61,691 bases of DNA from Octopus bimaculoides (GCF_001194135.2 NC_068992.1:45407794-45469484), one strand, 5' to 3'; shown: positions 24,210 through 38,352, counted from the first letter of the stretch. Translations and numbers: made by a program. Notes: generated by a model not told the origin, from the letters alone.

Positions 24210-25077
24210 GGCGAATGAAAATACATGGATAGTTTAACTCATAGCTTTTCGAAAAAGCTTCCCACATTGCCATTATGAAATACTTGTTGATTACATAAAA
24301 TATTCGCAGATCATTTGTATTTTAGAGCCTGGAGAGCGAAAAATGTGGAATTTACATGACAAAAGTGTCTTTATGAGTAGTGTAAAGAATGTACATAATT
24401 TCAAAGAAGAATCGAAATGAAGCCAAAATCTTGGCTAAACGCATTAGAGAGTGGAACAGAAACTGAAGAAAACCACAATACATGTGATATGTCTAGATGT
24501 ATATTTAATGTCAGAAAATTAAAAGAAATAAAGCAGTTCTAGTGAGACTTATTGAAAACCAAATGGTTTTTACCGTTTTTTATAGTAAACTTCAGAACTA
24601 ATATCGAAGTCTCACGTGAAGTGATATTTCATATGAAAATACAATTTATTACCAAAGACATTTCATGAAACACAACGTGTTTATTACTTAAAGCGTTTTT
24701 TTTAAATTTGATTTTGAATGTTATTTTCATCACTCAGCTTTTTGTTGTTGTCTTTTACCATACATCAATCAAGATTGAGTAGATTTATGATCAACGCTAT
24801 TTCAGCAATGGCTATGTAATCATTTCTTAAACAATGGTGGACTACATCATCTGTTGGTTTTTCTATAGTTTCTATATATTTTGTGGGAAATTATACTATT
24901 ATTGTCGAGACAATTCCAGGAATCCATTGGATATATTGAAGGTATGAAATAAGAAAAAGTATACCATCGTTTATTGCTTTGTGCTTGTTACTAAACTCTA
25001 GGTTGCATCTTACTTTGATAGCAATCGAAATGCAGTCTACAGATTTATCAGGAGGGTTATGATATTAGTTTATAGAT

Positions 25078-25255
25078 GTGGCTGTATGGTAAGACGTTTG
25101 CTTCCTTATCACATAGATCTGTTCGGCCAAAGACCAGTAGAATAAGTACTAGGCTTAAAGAATAAGTCCTGTGGTCGATTTTTTTCTACTAAAAAAAACC
25201 TTCAAGGCGGTACTTCAGCATGGCTGCAGTCAATGTGAGAGAAACAAGCAAAGAA
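25078..25255 (+). mobile_element. SINE family A, internally deleted (head joined to 3' module)
   Basis: GTGGCTGTATGGTAAGACGTTTGCTTCC...CACATAG is followed almost directly by GTTCGGCCAAAGACCAGTAGAATAAGTACTAGGCTT...GGCGGTACTTCAGCATGGCTGCAGTCAA and an A-tail. Confidence 0.8.
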
Positions 25256-25816
25256 AAAAAAAAAAAAAACCAAATGCTCCACATTCCACGGTATTTATAG
25301 ATAGATAAGAAAATTTAGTTTGTGGCACTGAAGCATTGAAGAGATGCATATAAAGGAGAGCCTCCACTGGCTAAAGCTGAAGGGTTTATTTTACTTTTCT
25401 AAGCAGATGGAGTGTCGATAATAAGCAAAGCCGTACCTCGAATTCCTACTGTGCGACATCTGTTGGTTATCCATTACTATTTCATTTAGCACGCATTACA
25501 AGCGACTGATATCAAATAACAATTTATATGTGACACAAACTATTATCTACAATCTGAAGTTCGAGTCAGAAACCTCTTGCGAAGAGATATTTTCTGGTGT
25601 TGAAATTTGATGCAACTTAAAATATAAACAAATGACTTTAACTTCATAGTACTTCGTCAGCTGTAAAATATGGAGCTATGTGAAATAAGAAAGAAAAGAG
25701 ACAAGACTGAATTCTTTAAGGCACTTTTTCAGGCACAAAATTGTGTTCCCGTGGAGCGGAACGGGGATACACATGATATCAAAGAAAAATTTTTAGACCC
25801 GCATGGCCACGGCTAG

Positions 25817-25827
25817 ATGTGTGTGCA

Positions 25828-25917
<90 letters not shown>

Positions 25918-26026
25918 CGTATGCATATATGTGTACATAGACACACGTGCACATATATATACATATATATATATATATGTATGTATGTGAGTAAATGTGT
26001 ATATATGCACAGACATATGTATGTGT

Positions 26027-26061
<35 letters not shown>

Positions 26062-26170
26062 CATACATGTAACTATATACACACATATACATATGTTCAT
26101 ATGTTTATGTACGCGTGCATGTAAGTACGTAAGCATATATGTATGCATGTATCTATGTATGTGTGTGTGT
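25817..26170. repeat. (TG)n array followed by TA/TG cryptic repeats
   Basis: Direct reading. Confidence 0.95.
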
Positions 26171-26632
26171 TTGTGTGAGTGTTGTGTGAGTGATGGTGAT
26201 AAAAAATCAAATTTATATTAGGGTACATATATCTGCATGATTAAAAAAAAAGAGAGATAAAAGTAATCCAAAGAACCAATAAGATTATCAGACAAAAGAG
26301 AAATCCGTTTTCTAAAAGGAATCTAATATTCCTAGCATTGGAAGAGACTGTTTTAGCAATATAATCTGACTGGCAGCCAATTCTTCTTACTTCTAATTCT
26401 TTCTTGTAATTATATTTTCTTCTCAACACACATCCAACGATTTTCAAATCCTAACTCATACAAGAAGAAAAAAGATACATAACTTTTTTTGCACATCTAT
26501 TATAAAATATATTTAAATATCCTAACAGAATATGTATGTGCACGCGCGCGTGTAAATATAGACTTGTAAGTGCGTGTGTGGTGTATGTGTGTGTATTTTA
26601 TATGCGTCAGTATAAAACACATGACAATGTGC

Positions 26633-26670
<38 letters not shown>

Positions 26671-29600
26671 AGATATGTATTGATACATATATGCCCCACC
26701 ACACGCACACATACACACATACATACATATAAAGATATATATTTATAAATATACACGTACATATACACACATACCTATATGATATATTTATACATAGCTA
26801 CATCGTGTGTGTGTGTGTGTGTGTTTGCCTCTGTATGTATGTATATATATCAGTACAAATATAAATCTGTCTTCAGATTAATATTCATAATGAAATTTCT
26901 CCCCCAGATAACAAAATATTTCATGAATAATTTCTATTTTTTCCCCAAATTCCTTTTGTCTTCTCCATTCTCTAACAGAAATTGGTATTTTCTTGTCGGT
27001 ATCTTATTTAAAGTCAAATATAGTAGAACAAACGTCGCCTGCTAACTTATAAATTGACAAAGAAATGATAAAACTTATATATCAGGAATGGTGTATACAC
27101 TCCTGATGTGACGAGTTATTCTCAAGTGTAGTTAAAAAGTTATTAATTCAGATTGGATACATCTTGGCGATTATTAAATATAGAAAAATTAGTGCTAAGT
27201 TATCGTATGTTACACGAATAATATCGAAAATAGTTAAACGAAAATAAACATACATCGGCTTACAGTTGCTTTTGGTTCACAGACAAGAAATAATAAAATT
27301 ACGTAACACTCTCTAACACATACACACACATGCATAGACATTCATGCACACATCGGAAATAAAAACACACGTGCGCGCTCACACATATGGGTGTGTTTTT
27401 AACAGTCGATAATACAGAAAAAGTAATAAAAAAACAAAAACAAGGAAATGCTTCAATAGAGTTATATTTATACACAGTTCAGAGGTTCCAGACTCACCTA
27501 CGACTGACGGGTTCATATCTATTGCATAAATCGGAGTAATGCCGGTGTTTTATTGACACACATACATATATATATATACATGTAAAATTCTATGGTGAAA
27601 AGTCCAGCCGAATTTTTTATATGATCACTTTGTGAGTGCTTTTTCAAAATGTAAGTAAAATAAATATAAATTTACATTCTGATGTCTTTTACAACAAGGG
27701 TAACGTTGATTTATGTTAGGGAAAGTTTGGAACTACTGCGTCTTCTAGAAACGAAACATGATTTCAGAGAATAGAAATATGATCACGAAAAACATAAATG
27801 AAAAAAAATTAATCGAGTAAAAATCTTTGATGAAAATAATGTCTAAAGATCGCATCTGCTCTCAGGGACAAAATTTTTTGTTTTACTTGTGGATTTGTTG
27901 TTGACCATAGTAAATAGCTATCAATGTCTACCTATAGAGACTGTTTAATACAGCAAGGTCGTATAGAAATTGGAAGTTGAGAAATATGTCATTTGTATAT
28001 GTCCGCACTGATATATAAGCAGTCACTGAAGAACAATATGTAAATGTAATATTACTGACCTTAACGTCCATATATATAATAGAGTTGTAAGGATTTCCTT
28101 AGCACTCAAATATTGTGAAAAATATTTAATGAGTCAATATGATAAGAAAGCTGTTCATGTGTAAGGTTTGTAGAAGATGATTGTGGTTTATGAAAATAAT
28201 CACCTGCCTTAGTAAATATCTGGATTCATACATTACAGATATATTGTTCATGAAAAGGATTGCTTTATCAAAATATGATATTTCTATAGAATTTTCTTTA
28301 AATAAATATCCTATTTGGTGTTCCAAGATTTGAGAGATTGCAAATTCATCTCTAACTGGAAGACGTTTTTATGATGAAGTAAATTAAAAATAATCTCATT
28401 TCTTTCTTGTTGCGAATGAACTTTTATCATGATTGTATTTGTTTTCTTCTGTGCTTAAAAGAAATTTGTCTAAAGCGTCACAGGCATATGTGGTGGAACA
28501 GCGATACAACCAACCGTTACCTGGTTTACAAAAATATATATATATATATATATCAGAAAAAAGTATGAAAGCTCAGAGTAATGATCAAACAAAGCAGCTG
28601 CTCTCTAATATGTTCTTTAGTTCTTTATACGTATATTAACCACAGCACTAGCACAGACATTGCAAAATTGAAACTTATTTAAAAACGAAATGGAACAAGT
28701 CAAGCACGCAGAATCAGATAAAATATTTCAGACAAAGGGAGTGAGCGAAATTCATATGAAACTGTTCAAACTTTTTATAAATAATTCCTCGTCTCCATTC
28801 ATCTGACTGAAAATTCTTGTAGAGTTCAAGGCCATTTCCAATTTACTTACAAGGAATCATACACGTTCTTTATGTTCGTTTTCTGTTAAACGAGGCGAAG
28901 CTAATGCATTGATATCGCCGCGAGTTTAATTTGAGTGCTTGAAGAAAGTGAAGAAAGAATTGCATTTTGAGCAGAAGCGCACACGCACATACACACATAA
29001 ACATATATGCACGCACACTCAGAAACTCTCACGCACACAAACATACAAACACACACACACACACGCACACACATTCACATACACACGCACACACAGAGAT
29101 ATATATCTTTCAATTCAAATCTAATGATTTGAGCAAGTTAACTGTTCACGTGTAACTGGTCGTTTCCTGTATAACTGAACAACCCTGTTTGGTAGTTCCG
29201 GAAATTAAAATGAATGCCAGCAGAGAGTAAAATATTATAGCTAATAAAGTGAAATTAATTAAACAACCAACTCCTGGGTGTAATATTGTAAGGAGTTAAT
29301 ATCAGCCGGGCACATTGTTAATTAGTCGTAATTTCTCATATAGAAATGACAACCATTAAAAGAAAGTTTATTACATCCTAAGGAGACGAAACAACAATAT
29401 TAATCAGTCTATGTAACCGGATATTTTCGGAAGAATGAACTAAAATAAAATACAATTTTCAAAATGATAATTCGTCAGAATACACAGTATTGTATTTATA
29501 GAATTTACATTGCAAATTGCCAGGCGATTTATGTTCTTTGGAAAATGTATTCTGCAACTCGTTGAAGTTTAATGCTTAACATTTTGTTTTAAATCTGGTA

Positions 29601-30033
29601 TTGAATTAATTAATGGATCTGATTATTAGATAATAAGTAACTGTAAATGTCTTCAAATATTTCAATTATTTAAATCATGGTTTTTTGAGTAGAGTTGTAT
29701 CGTTTATTATTATTATTATTATTATTATAATAAACAATAATAAATTAAAGGGAATTTTTGATTTGTCCGAAGAAAACATAAAATGAATTAGATCAGCCAC
29801 TGACATTGTAGGTGGTAATGTTGTATTGAACCAGCAGGGTTAATGTTAGCACTGAATTTTTATAAATCGATAAGTGGAATTTTCAATTGATAACAATCCT
29901 TTCTTAATGAAAGAATTGTGGAGAGAACGAATTAAAGAAATTACGAATTTCAGAATTTAGGAAATAGAATATAATATGGAATGTGTAAATGTAAAGCAGT
30001 CGTATTCTTAAGTGTTTGCTGATGTTTCTCCAA

Positions 30034-30076
<43 letters not shown>

Positions 30077-32543
30077 NNNNNNNNNNGTATGTGTGTGTGT
30101 GTGTGTGTGTGTATCTGTGCGCGCGCGCATTCGTGCGAACGTGTGTGCGTATGTGTGCGCGCGCGAGTGAGTAAAATGCTGTAGACTGCTGTAGAATGTT
30201 TGAGTCAGCCACAAGGTGACTGGTGAAAGTTTTCGGAATGGACTTCTACAGGTAATCTTTACATTATGTTTCACGTCTAGGTTTATTTTAAGTAAAGAAG
30301 TGAGCCAGTGGGATTCTCTAAAAGAATTGTTATTATAAGATCCTACTTTTACTTGAAGAAATCTTCGATATTTGACAGTATCTTCCTGTTCTCATATACT
30401 TCTGTAATTTGTTCTATCTGGTGGCATAAATCAATAATTGCAATTTTACCGCCAAGTGTTATCAAATGTGGATTATGGCGTCTTAATGTTCTGAGTAAAA
30501 TCTGAAGGAATGAATCTAAGTATCCATTAATGCTGTGTGTAGGCTGATAGATGGATATAATACTAAATTGAAGTGGGATACATTGAGTACGATTAGAGGT
30601 GTAATTAATCTATATGCTAACAATGGGAGGTAGGATTATCTTACTATTTCTTGGATGCTCTATATACAGGAACTTTAATCTATATATGAGAATATAAGTT
30701 AAAAGTCGTAGACACTGCAATATGTCAACTGGGTTAATTAGATCTGGCATATCTATAGCTCATGGAATCAGTTTTGATTATACACAAAATCTGTTGAATA
30801 TCCATTTACTTTTATAGAAGGATTACTATCCGCACCTTAGGACACTTACTATGCTATGCAAGTTTCATATATTTTACAATATATATCCGTAAGTCGGGTT
30901 ATTATACAATTATAAGCTCACACTATTCACAATAAATTAAGAATGGTGATCAGACGGAAGCGTGAAACTAATTTCAGTTAATTAAATTTTCTTAGCTCAC
31001 CACAAAAGTAAATCAACACCTATTTTACAGTTACGTGTTCATACAGCAGGCGTAGCTGGGTCATTTTGCCACTCTTTATTTTAACTTGCCACGTCAGTCG
31101 GGGTTCATTCTCAAGAAACCGATATATCTCCAATTGTTCTGAACCTTAACAATCACGATTAAATAATGCTTCACTGATTCGTTGAAATAATATCGAAAAA
31201 TCTTGTAATCCAACTGCTGAAGAAAAGATTCTCTCTCTGTTACATTCCATATTTTAGAATTGCCCTCTCTGCTTTTGGGGGCTAAAATTAGTAGTGGGAG
31301 AGTAGCGTGCTAATCTTCAAAAAAGCAAATGTATTTAGTTATGGTGCTTTCGTCTGCTACAAGAAGTTTCTAAAGCTGTATACGTTTGAGATCGAGAGAA
31401 AGTACTGAGCTTGATATATAACAGAGGACCGCTAAAAAGGAGGATAAATCCATAAAGTTAATGATGTACAATACACTGGAGAAAGCAACGCAAAAATGTA
31501 CTATTGTGTGAAAATAATTAGGTCATTGGTATTTCTCCGAGACAAATGCCATGGTTACCAATAATAGTGAATATTTCTTAGGTGGGCACAATGAAAAAAG
31601 GATTCAGTCAATTATAGCAGCGACTGCCTAATATACCTGCCTCTGTTTCTGATAGAAATCTGCAGCATGAGGTTAATTTATTGTTTTTTTTTTCTAGCAG
31701 AACAACAACCACCAAAAGTTTCTCTCGTTGTGTTAGAACATGAGCGTTTATTCTCGTGCTTTTACTAAATCACAGTCTCAACCGAGAAACTGTACTCTGT
31801 AACAAATGTTTTCTCTGCTCTATGCCTCTTATTAATCCTCTTTGTATTCTCCATTTCTACCAACTGATCTAACTTCTCATCTGTCACTTACAGTCAGTTT
31901 ACTAAAAATATTTGAGAAATAATTCTTGCTTCAATTAACCATTTCAACTTTTAGTTATATAATATTTTCACATTATAGTAATTGTTTAATTACTATCTGC
32001 AGACACTAACATAATGTATTCAATATTTTAGCAGTTTTGCCAATGAAAATTTTTTTATTCATATTCATAATACTTAGTGGAAAATGTATTTGACCATCCT
32101 TAGCATATATTTTACGCCATAGATATTCATACAATCTTTATTTGAAATAAATATGCAGCTATCACTGGTTCATTATAGATTACTTTAAATATATTACCAG
32201 ATAGACATAAAGAGAATATTGACTCCAGTCTACCAAGAAGTATCATTTTCTTATACTTAATTTTCTTTCCTCCCTTTATTTTATTTCTTGCTTTTCTCTT
32301 TGTTTTCTTTCTATTATTATATAAATATTCGATAAAAACCATTAAATTACACACTTTGCATGTATGAGTAATATAAAGCTGTTTAACGTTTTAATACGAA
32401 AGATATGGCCAATAGAGTCCTATAATAAGTCATTAGATCTGGTGGGATCTGGTTGCATAAGATTTCAGTTATTTCATTTCACCTACAATTTTAATATGTT
32501 TGGGATAATTCTCAAAACTCTATTTTACAATGCGAAAACAAGC

Positions 32544-32546
<3 letters not shown>

Positions 32547-32614
<68 letters not shown>

Positions 32615-32650
32615 CACACACACACACACGCACGCACGCACACACACATA
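32547..32650. repeat. (CA)n microsatellite
   Basis: Direct reading. Confidence 0.98.
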
Positions 32651-33134
32651 TATATACATGTTTTTATCTGTTTCGTTTCTTCTCTGATTTTTTGCTTTTA
32701 TTTTATTTATGGAGAATAACTCTCTCCGAAATATAGATTAATTTTTATTTCTAATTCTTTTAACCGTTAAACTATTATTATTATTATAAAACATTGGCTT
32801 CTATTATTCTGTTCTTTTGTTTCTTCCGTTCACGAGGTCTTTTCTTCTTACATCATCGTTTCTAGTCAAGCAAATCTTACACTTGGATGGAGGCATTATG
32901 TCTAGCGGCTGAACCAATCGAATATGTATGTGAAATGTCTGAACTTTGCATAGGTTTTGACAATTTGACAATTTGATCATGGGACAATATGTCACGAAAA
33001 TCGTGTTCTCAATATCACTGAAAAAGCAGAATGGCTGTATGACTTACCTAAATGCAGAAATCAGGATATTGAAAATAACAGCGCCGTCTAACCATATATA
33101 TATATATTGGGAGGGGAGTGCTACAGGAGATCTA

Positions 33135-33300
33135 TAGGCACAAGATTTGAAGTTTGGGGGCGATGAATCGATTAAATCGACCCCACTGCTTAACTGCAAC
33201 TTATTTTATTGATACCAAAATGATGAAATGCAAAGTAAAATTCGGCAGATGGTAAACCCGGAAGAAATATCGCAAACGATTCTGTTAGCTCGTCGTCTAA
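33135..33300 (-). mobile_element. SINE family B, diverged with internal deletion
   Basis: GGCACAAGATTTGAA...AATCGACCCCACTGCTTAACTG...GATGAAATGCAAAGT...GATTCTGTTAGCTCGTCGTCTAA. Confidence 0.75.
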
Positions 33301-34273
33301 GTTAGGACATCGCATTTCGCCGGTTCACTAATATGAAGCAATAATGTATGCTTGACGAGAATTTTAAACTTCTTTGAAGTACTGATAGTGTTTCTGTTTT
33401 GCTGTTAACAAATCCTGCAGATAGTGCACCTTGAAAAACAAAATTGTATTCACTTGAACTCGATATGAAATCAATCTTCAGTTCTGCTTCATCAAATCAA
33501 TGCGATATAAAGCGAAATTTCCTGGTGGTTTGATCTCTGATTACCTGATAATCACAATATTTGAGAACAGCCTAGCATAAAGAAAGAGAAGCCATTGTAA
33601 AATTTGAAAGAAAACATTCTTTCAATTCATATCTTTATTATAAAAATTCAATAATTTGACAGTTTTAATTAAAACCGAATCTTTGCTGTGGCTACTTTCG
33701 TATAATGTGTCGTTTAAATTCAGTTTTATTTTAGTCTCTGAGAGTTTTAGAGTGATTATAAACCGTATAAAACATTTCGCTTCTCTCTCATTGTTAGCGA
33801 CGGAGAAATCATCTTAAAATGTTGCACGACTATTTTATAGAATGAAGAGGAAAGCGAAGCTAGAAACTGATCTCAAGAAAAGAATAATGAGAAAAAAACT
33901 TTAAGATAATGAAATATTCATACAATATTTTGATTACGTCTGTTTCTTCGGAAGACTAAAATATATGGCAAAAGTAAACTACGACTCGTTTATCTGTCAA
34001 GATAGTTTATGAGTATATCCAAACCGGATATCTTTTAACCACAAAACAATTCTAACTATTCTTTTGTTTACTTTTATTGCATGAAAAAAAAATTTAAATT
34101 ATATTCTTCTCGAAAATTGATATACAAAACTAAATTCTACTAGACATTTGGTCTTCGTTTATCAATATCTTTTTCTGTCTATTTTACTATTTCCTTTAAT
34201 CCGCTTTAGGTAAAATATAGCCATTGTAAATCCATATTATTATAATTTTTGTTTACTGATTTCACCTCCTTCT

Positions 34274-34352
34274 TCTTCTCCTCCTCCCCTTCTTTTTCTT
34301 TCTCTTTTTCTTTTTCTTTCTCTTTTTCTTTTTCTTTCTCTTTTTCTTTTTC
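34274..34352. repeat. Polypyrimidine (TTTTTC/TTTCTC)n tract
   Basis: Direct reading. Confidence 0.92.
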
Positions 34353-34752
34353 TTCTTTTTCTTATTTACTTTTAATCTGCATGCTTGTTACAGTCACTTG
34401 CCGAGACTCACCCAACGTCTTAGAGAGTGTGTGTGTGTGGGGGTAAGAGATGCTACAGTATGACTGAAAGCTTGGGGAGGGGCAGTGACAGGGGCAGTAG
34501 CGAAATATCTTCGTATAGTACAACGCAGACATTTAAATTGATAGGGTTTTGAAGACGACGATAAAAATTAAAAAAAAACAGAACAAAAAGAGAAACAATA
34601 TTTAGAGAAAGCAAAATGAATGAATGGCAGAATCGCTTGAGCACTGAACCTTACATAGTCTCAGTTTATCCGAAAAAATACGAACCAGTCTATGGCAGGC
34701 TAAGTTTCTATACAACATGCTCCACGTGTCGTCATGTACAGTATATGATACC

Positions 34753-36145
34753 TGAAATACAAGAACATGCTTGTTGATTATTTAAGTCAATGATTATATA
34801 GATATCCTACTTAGAAATGTGACACCCTGAATAATGGAACAGAGTAATATAAATCAGAAGTATTTCATCAAAACATATGGAAGTATCTAACTAGTACTTG
34901 GATGGGTTCTGCTTCTGTAACCGATCTCATGACATACTTTGTCAGCCAGCTAATATTATATCACATGCATACACATATGCATACACACATACATAAATAC
35001 ATGCATATATACATACACACATACGCACACACATACACATATGTAAATAGATGCATATTCTGTACACAGATACTAATTTCCGGTGACTAATTTGACAAAA
35101 TGTCGGACCCTAACAGCCTTCGACACATATTTTGATTATTCTAATTTATTGTTGTGTTGCGTTACTTCTTGAGGTGTCGTTGTCGTTATTAGTTATTGTG
35201 GTATTGGTGGAGCTGGTGATTCCGATACCCATATTAGTGATGCATGTAGCTAGAGATGTCATGATGCTTAACCTTGTTCATGTGTGTGAAGTGTGTGCTA
35301 GTGATACTTGTTGTGGTTGTGAAAATAACGGTACTCGGAGTTATAACTGCAATGGTTATCCTGATAATAGTGATACTCGGATTTGCTAAGTAGTTACTGT
35401 GGTGGCGCTTATGATAATCGTAGTATTAGTAGCTGTTATCGTGATGGTGTTTGCTGTTCTACACAATAGTTCATTGCGCAGTTGCTGTGGCCTGTTGAAT
35501 GTGATCATTCAAGAACATTTCTATCACGGTCTGTACCCACAAGAAGAAAATGGCAAAGTATGAGTAATTTCCTTCACTGCTTCCACCTGCAAAATTTTTC
35601 AGTCTGTGGTACCTACTTACTACAGAGTTCAGCTATTTACATTTATTATTACTATCAAACTAAGACACAACATTGAAAAGCAAGTCTCGAATAGTCTTGC
35701 CGATCTGAGAACAGTATCAGAGATGGATATGGGGAGAAATATGTAGCAAAAATAAACTGATAGATTAGCGTTTATTATTGGACTTAGATATATACATCAT
35801 TTTAACACAACATATCACGAATGATTAAGTCAGAAGTGAAATACAAGAAAATGCTTGTTGATTATTTAAGTCAATGATTATATAGATATCCTACTTAGAA
35901 ATGTGACACCCTAAATAATGGAACAGAGTAATATAAATCAGAAGTATTTCATCAAAACATATGGAAGTATCTATCTAGTACTTGGATGGGTTCTGCTTCT
36001 GTAACCGATCTCATGACATACTTTGTCAGCCAGCTAATATTATATCACATGCATACACATATGCATACACACATACATAAATACATGCATATATACATAC
36101 ACACATACGCACACACATACACATATGTAAATAGATGCATATTCT
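34753..36145. repeat. 309-bp direct repeat pair (34753-35061 and 35837-36145) with a 775-bp unique spacer
   Basis: Base-by-base comparison found three substitutions (AACATG/AAAATG, CCTGAAT/CCTAAAT, TCTAACT/TCTATCT); offset 1084 bp; no gap in between. Confidence 0.95.
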
Positions 36146-36165
36146 TGCAATGACTCTCTTTCTCT

Positions 36166-36204
<39 letters not shown>

Positions 36205-36940
36205 CACACACACACACACAAACACATACGCACACACATCCATATTGTCTATCTTTCGTAAGTGGCCTATCGTTACTGTTTTAGAGGCAATGTCATTAAA
36301 TATACAGTTGGCCATTAAAGTGCTCAGTCAACACTTCCAAAGGGAATTAATAACCACAATTCTATAGAAGAAAAGAAGTAACAACAATATAAAAAAAAGC
36401 AACAACTAACTGTTGTAAACTTATCAACGCCATACAATGACAATACAGTGATTGTCTCTGCTTTCTCTACTACATTGATGAGAACAATAACAATCAACGT
36501 TTTTGTTGACTTGAAAGTGAAATTCAAATAGATATGTATAAAATAACCATTAATGATGAGTATAATGCATGTGTGTGTGTGTGTGTGTGTGTTTGTGGCT
36601 CTGCGAGAAGTGTGGGTGTGTATGCGTGTGCTTCTGTGAGTGTTTGTGTCTTTCAGTAGGAATACATTTGCATAGTAGGTGTATCGTTTTCGTTATGTTT
36701 TTTGTTGACCAAAACAAAGAACTAAGAAGGTCAATGCAGAAAGTTTATATTATCCATTTACGATTCAGGATTTTTAGATTTAATCCGAAATTGCCATCAT
36801 GCCCCCTCAGACACGTGCACAGGTACGGAAACGATCTCATACACACACAGAGTTACACACATATACACACATGTAAGCATTTATATAAATACATCCATAT
36901 GCATATATATTTATATACGCACACATACATTTATATAATC

Positions 36941-36995
<55 letters not shown>

Positions 36996-37701
36996 NNNNN
37001 NNNNNNNNNNNNNNNNNNNNNNNNNNNNNNNNNNNNNNNNNNNNNNNNNNNNNNNNNNNNNNNNNNNNNNNNNNNNNNNNNNNNNNNNNNNNNNNNNNNN
37101 NNNNNNNNNNNNNNNNNNNNNNNNNNNATATATCTATATATCTATAAAGAGACATAAGCATATATATATATATATATATAATTAATTAATACACACACGC
37201 ACACGCACGCACACACACATACACACATATACATATATATATATATATATAGATATATAGATATGTACATATACACTCATACACGGCACGTATACGCATA
37301 CATAGAAATGTATATATACGTGTGTGTGTGTTATTTAGCCAATTAATATCATGTCAATGTGTAAACGCGATACACCATTTGAAGTGTGCCATTAATGTCG
37401 CTATTTATCTATTTTTATTTATTTTTCTTTCGCCTAAGTCATTCAATTTGACTTTTTTTTATCACTTCAATACAGTTATCTCATTATTAAGAGGCAAATA
37501 TAAATATGGCCTTTCCTTCTAAATTTAGTCACGTGATAGGGTGTCAAGTGAAACGTTAGACGATTCTTGCCTTCATTAGTAGAGAGGTTTATTCTGTAAA
37601 ATTACCCTTACACTGTTGCGAGGTATATAAGTATAACAATAAGAACAGCAAAACAACAAAGTAACAACAAGGGCGACGACGACAGCAATAACGATAATAT
37701 T

Positions 37702-37916
37702 CCTTTCTACCATTGGCAAGAGGCCTGAAATTTTGGGGGTGGGGGACTAGTCGATTGCATCGAACCCAGTGCGAAACCGGTACTTAATTTATCGACCCCA
37801 AAAGGATGAAAGCAGTGTCGACCTCGGAGGAATTTGAACTCAGAGCGTTGCAGCAGATGAAATATCACTAAGTATTTCGTCCGGGGTGCTAACGATTCTG
37901 CCAGCTCGCCGCCTTA
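37702..37916 (-). mobile_element. SINE family B, full-length
   Basis: Reverse complement begins TAAGGCGGCGAGCTGGCAGAATCGTTAGCACCCCGG; B-box-like GAGTTCAAATTCC; body CTTTCATCCTTTTGGGGTCGATAAATTAAGTACC. Confidence 0.93.
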
Positions 37917-37940
37917 ACAATAACAACAACAAAAAATAAT

Positions 37941-38163
37941 CCTGTCTACTGGAAGCACAAGGCCTCAAATTTGGGATTAAGTCGATTACATCGACCCCAG
38001 TGCGTAACTTGTTCTCATCTTATCGACATCGGAAGGATGAGAGGCGAAATCGACTTCGGCGAAATTTCAACTCAGAACGTAAACACGGTCGAAATGCCAC
38101 TATGTTGCCCAGCGTGCTAACGATCCTGTCAGCTCACCGCCTTAATAATAATAATAATAAATA
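37941..38163 (-). mobile_element. SINE family B, full-length, tandem to the previous copy
   Basis: Reverse complement begins TAAGGCGGTGAGCTGACAGGATCGTTAGCACGCTGGG; same body motifs. Confidence 0.92.
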
Positions 38164-38200
38164 TATATGTGTGTGTGAGTGTGTGTGCGTGTGTGTGTGT

Positions 38201-38352
38201 ACGACAGATTTCTTTATGTTCTCGTCTACCAAATCCACTCAAAAATCTTTGGCCGAGGCAATAGTAAAAAACACTTGCGCAAGGTGACACTCAGTGGGAC
38301 TGAACCCATAACGATAGGATCAGGAAGTAAACTTTTCACCACACAGCCACGC
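38201..38352 (-). mobile_element. SINE family A head and body, without the 3' module
   Basis: CGTCTACCAAATCCACTCA...ACACTTGCGCAAGGTGACACTCAGTGGGACTGAACCC...CACCACACAGCCACGC. Confidence 0.88.

Noticed and set aside
23008-24273. Long ORFs of 220-420 aa spanning N-runs (also 42524-43322 and 45723-46522)
   Set aside because: They stay open only because Ns are translated as X.
34753-36145. Direct-repeat pair read as LTRs/TRIM
   Set aside because: No shared CA end, no primer-binding site, no polypurine tract and no target-site duplication.
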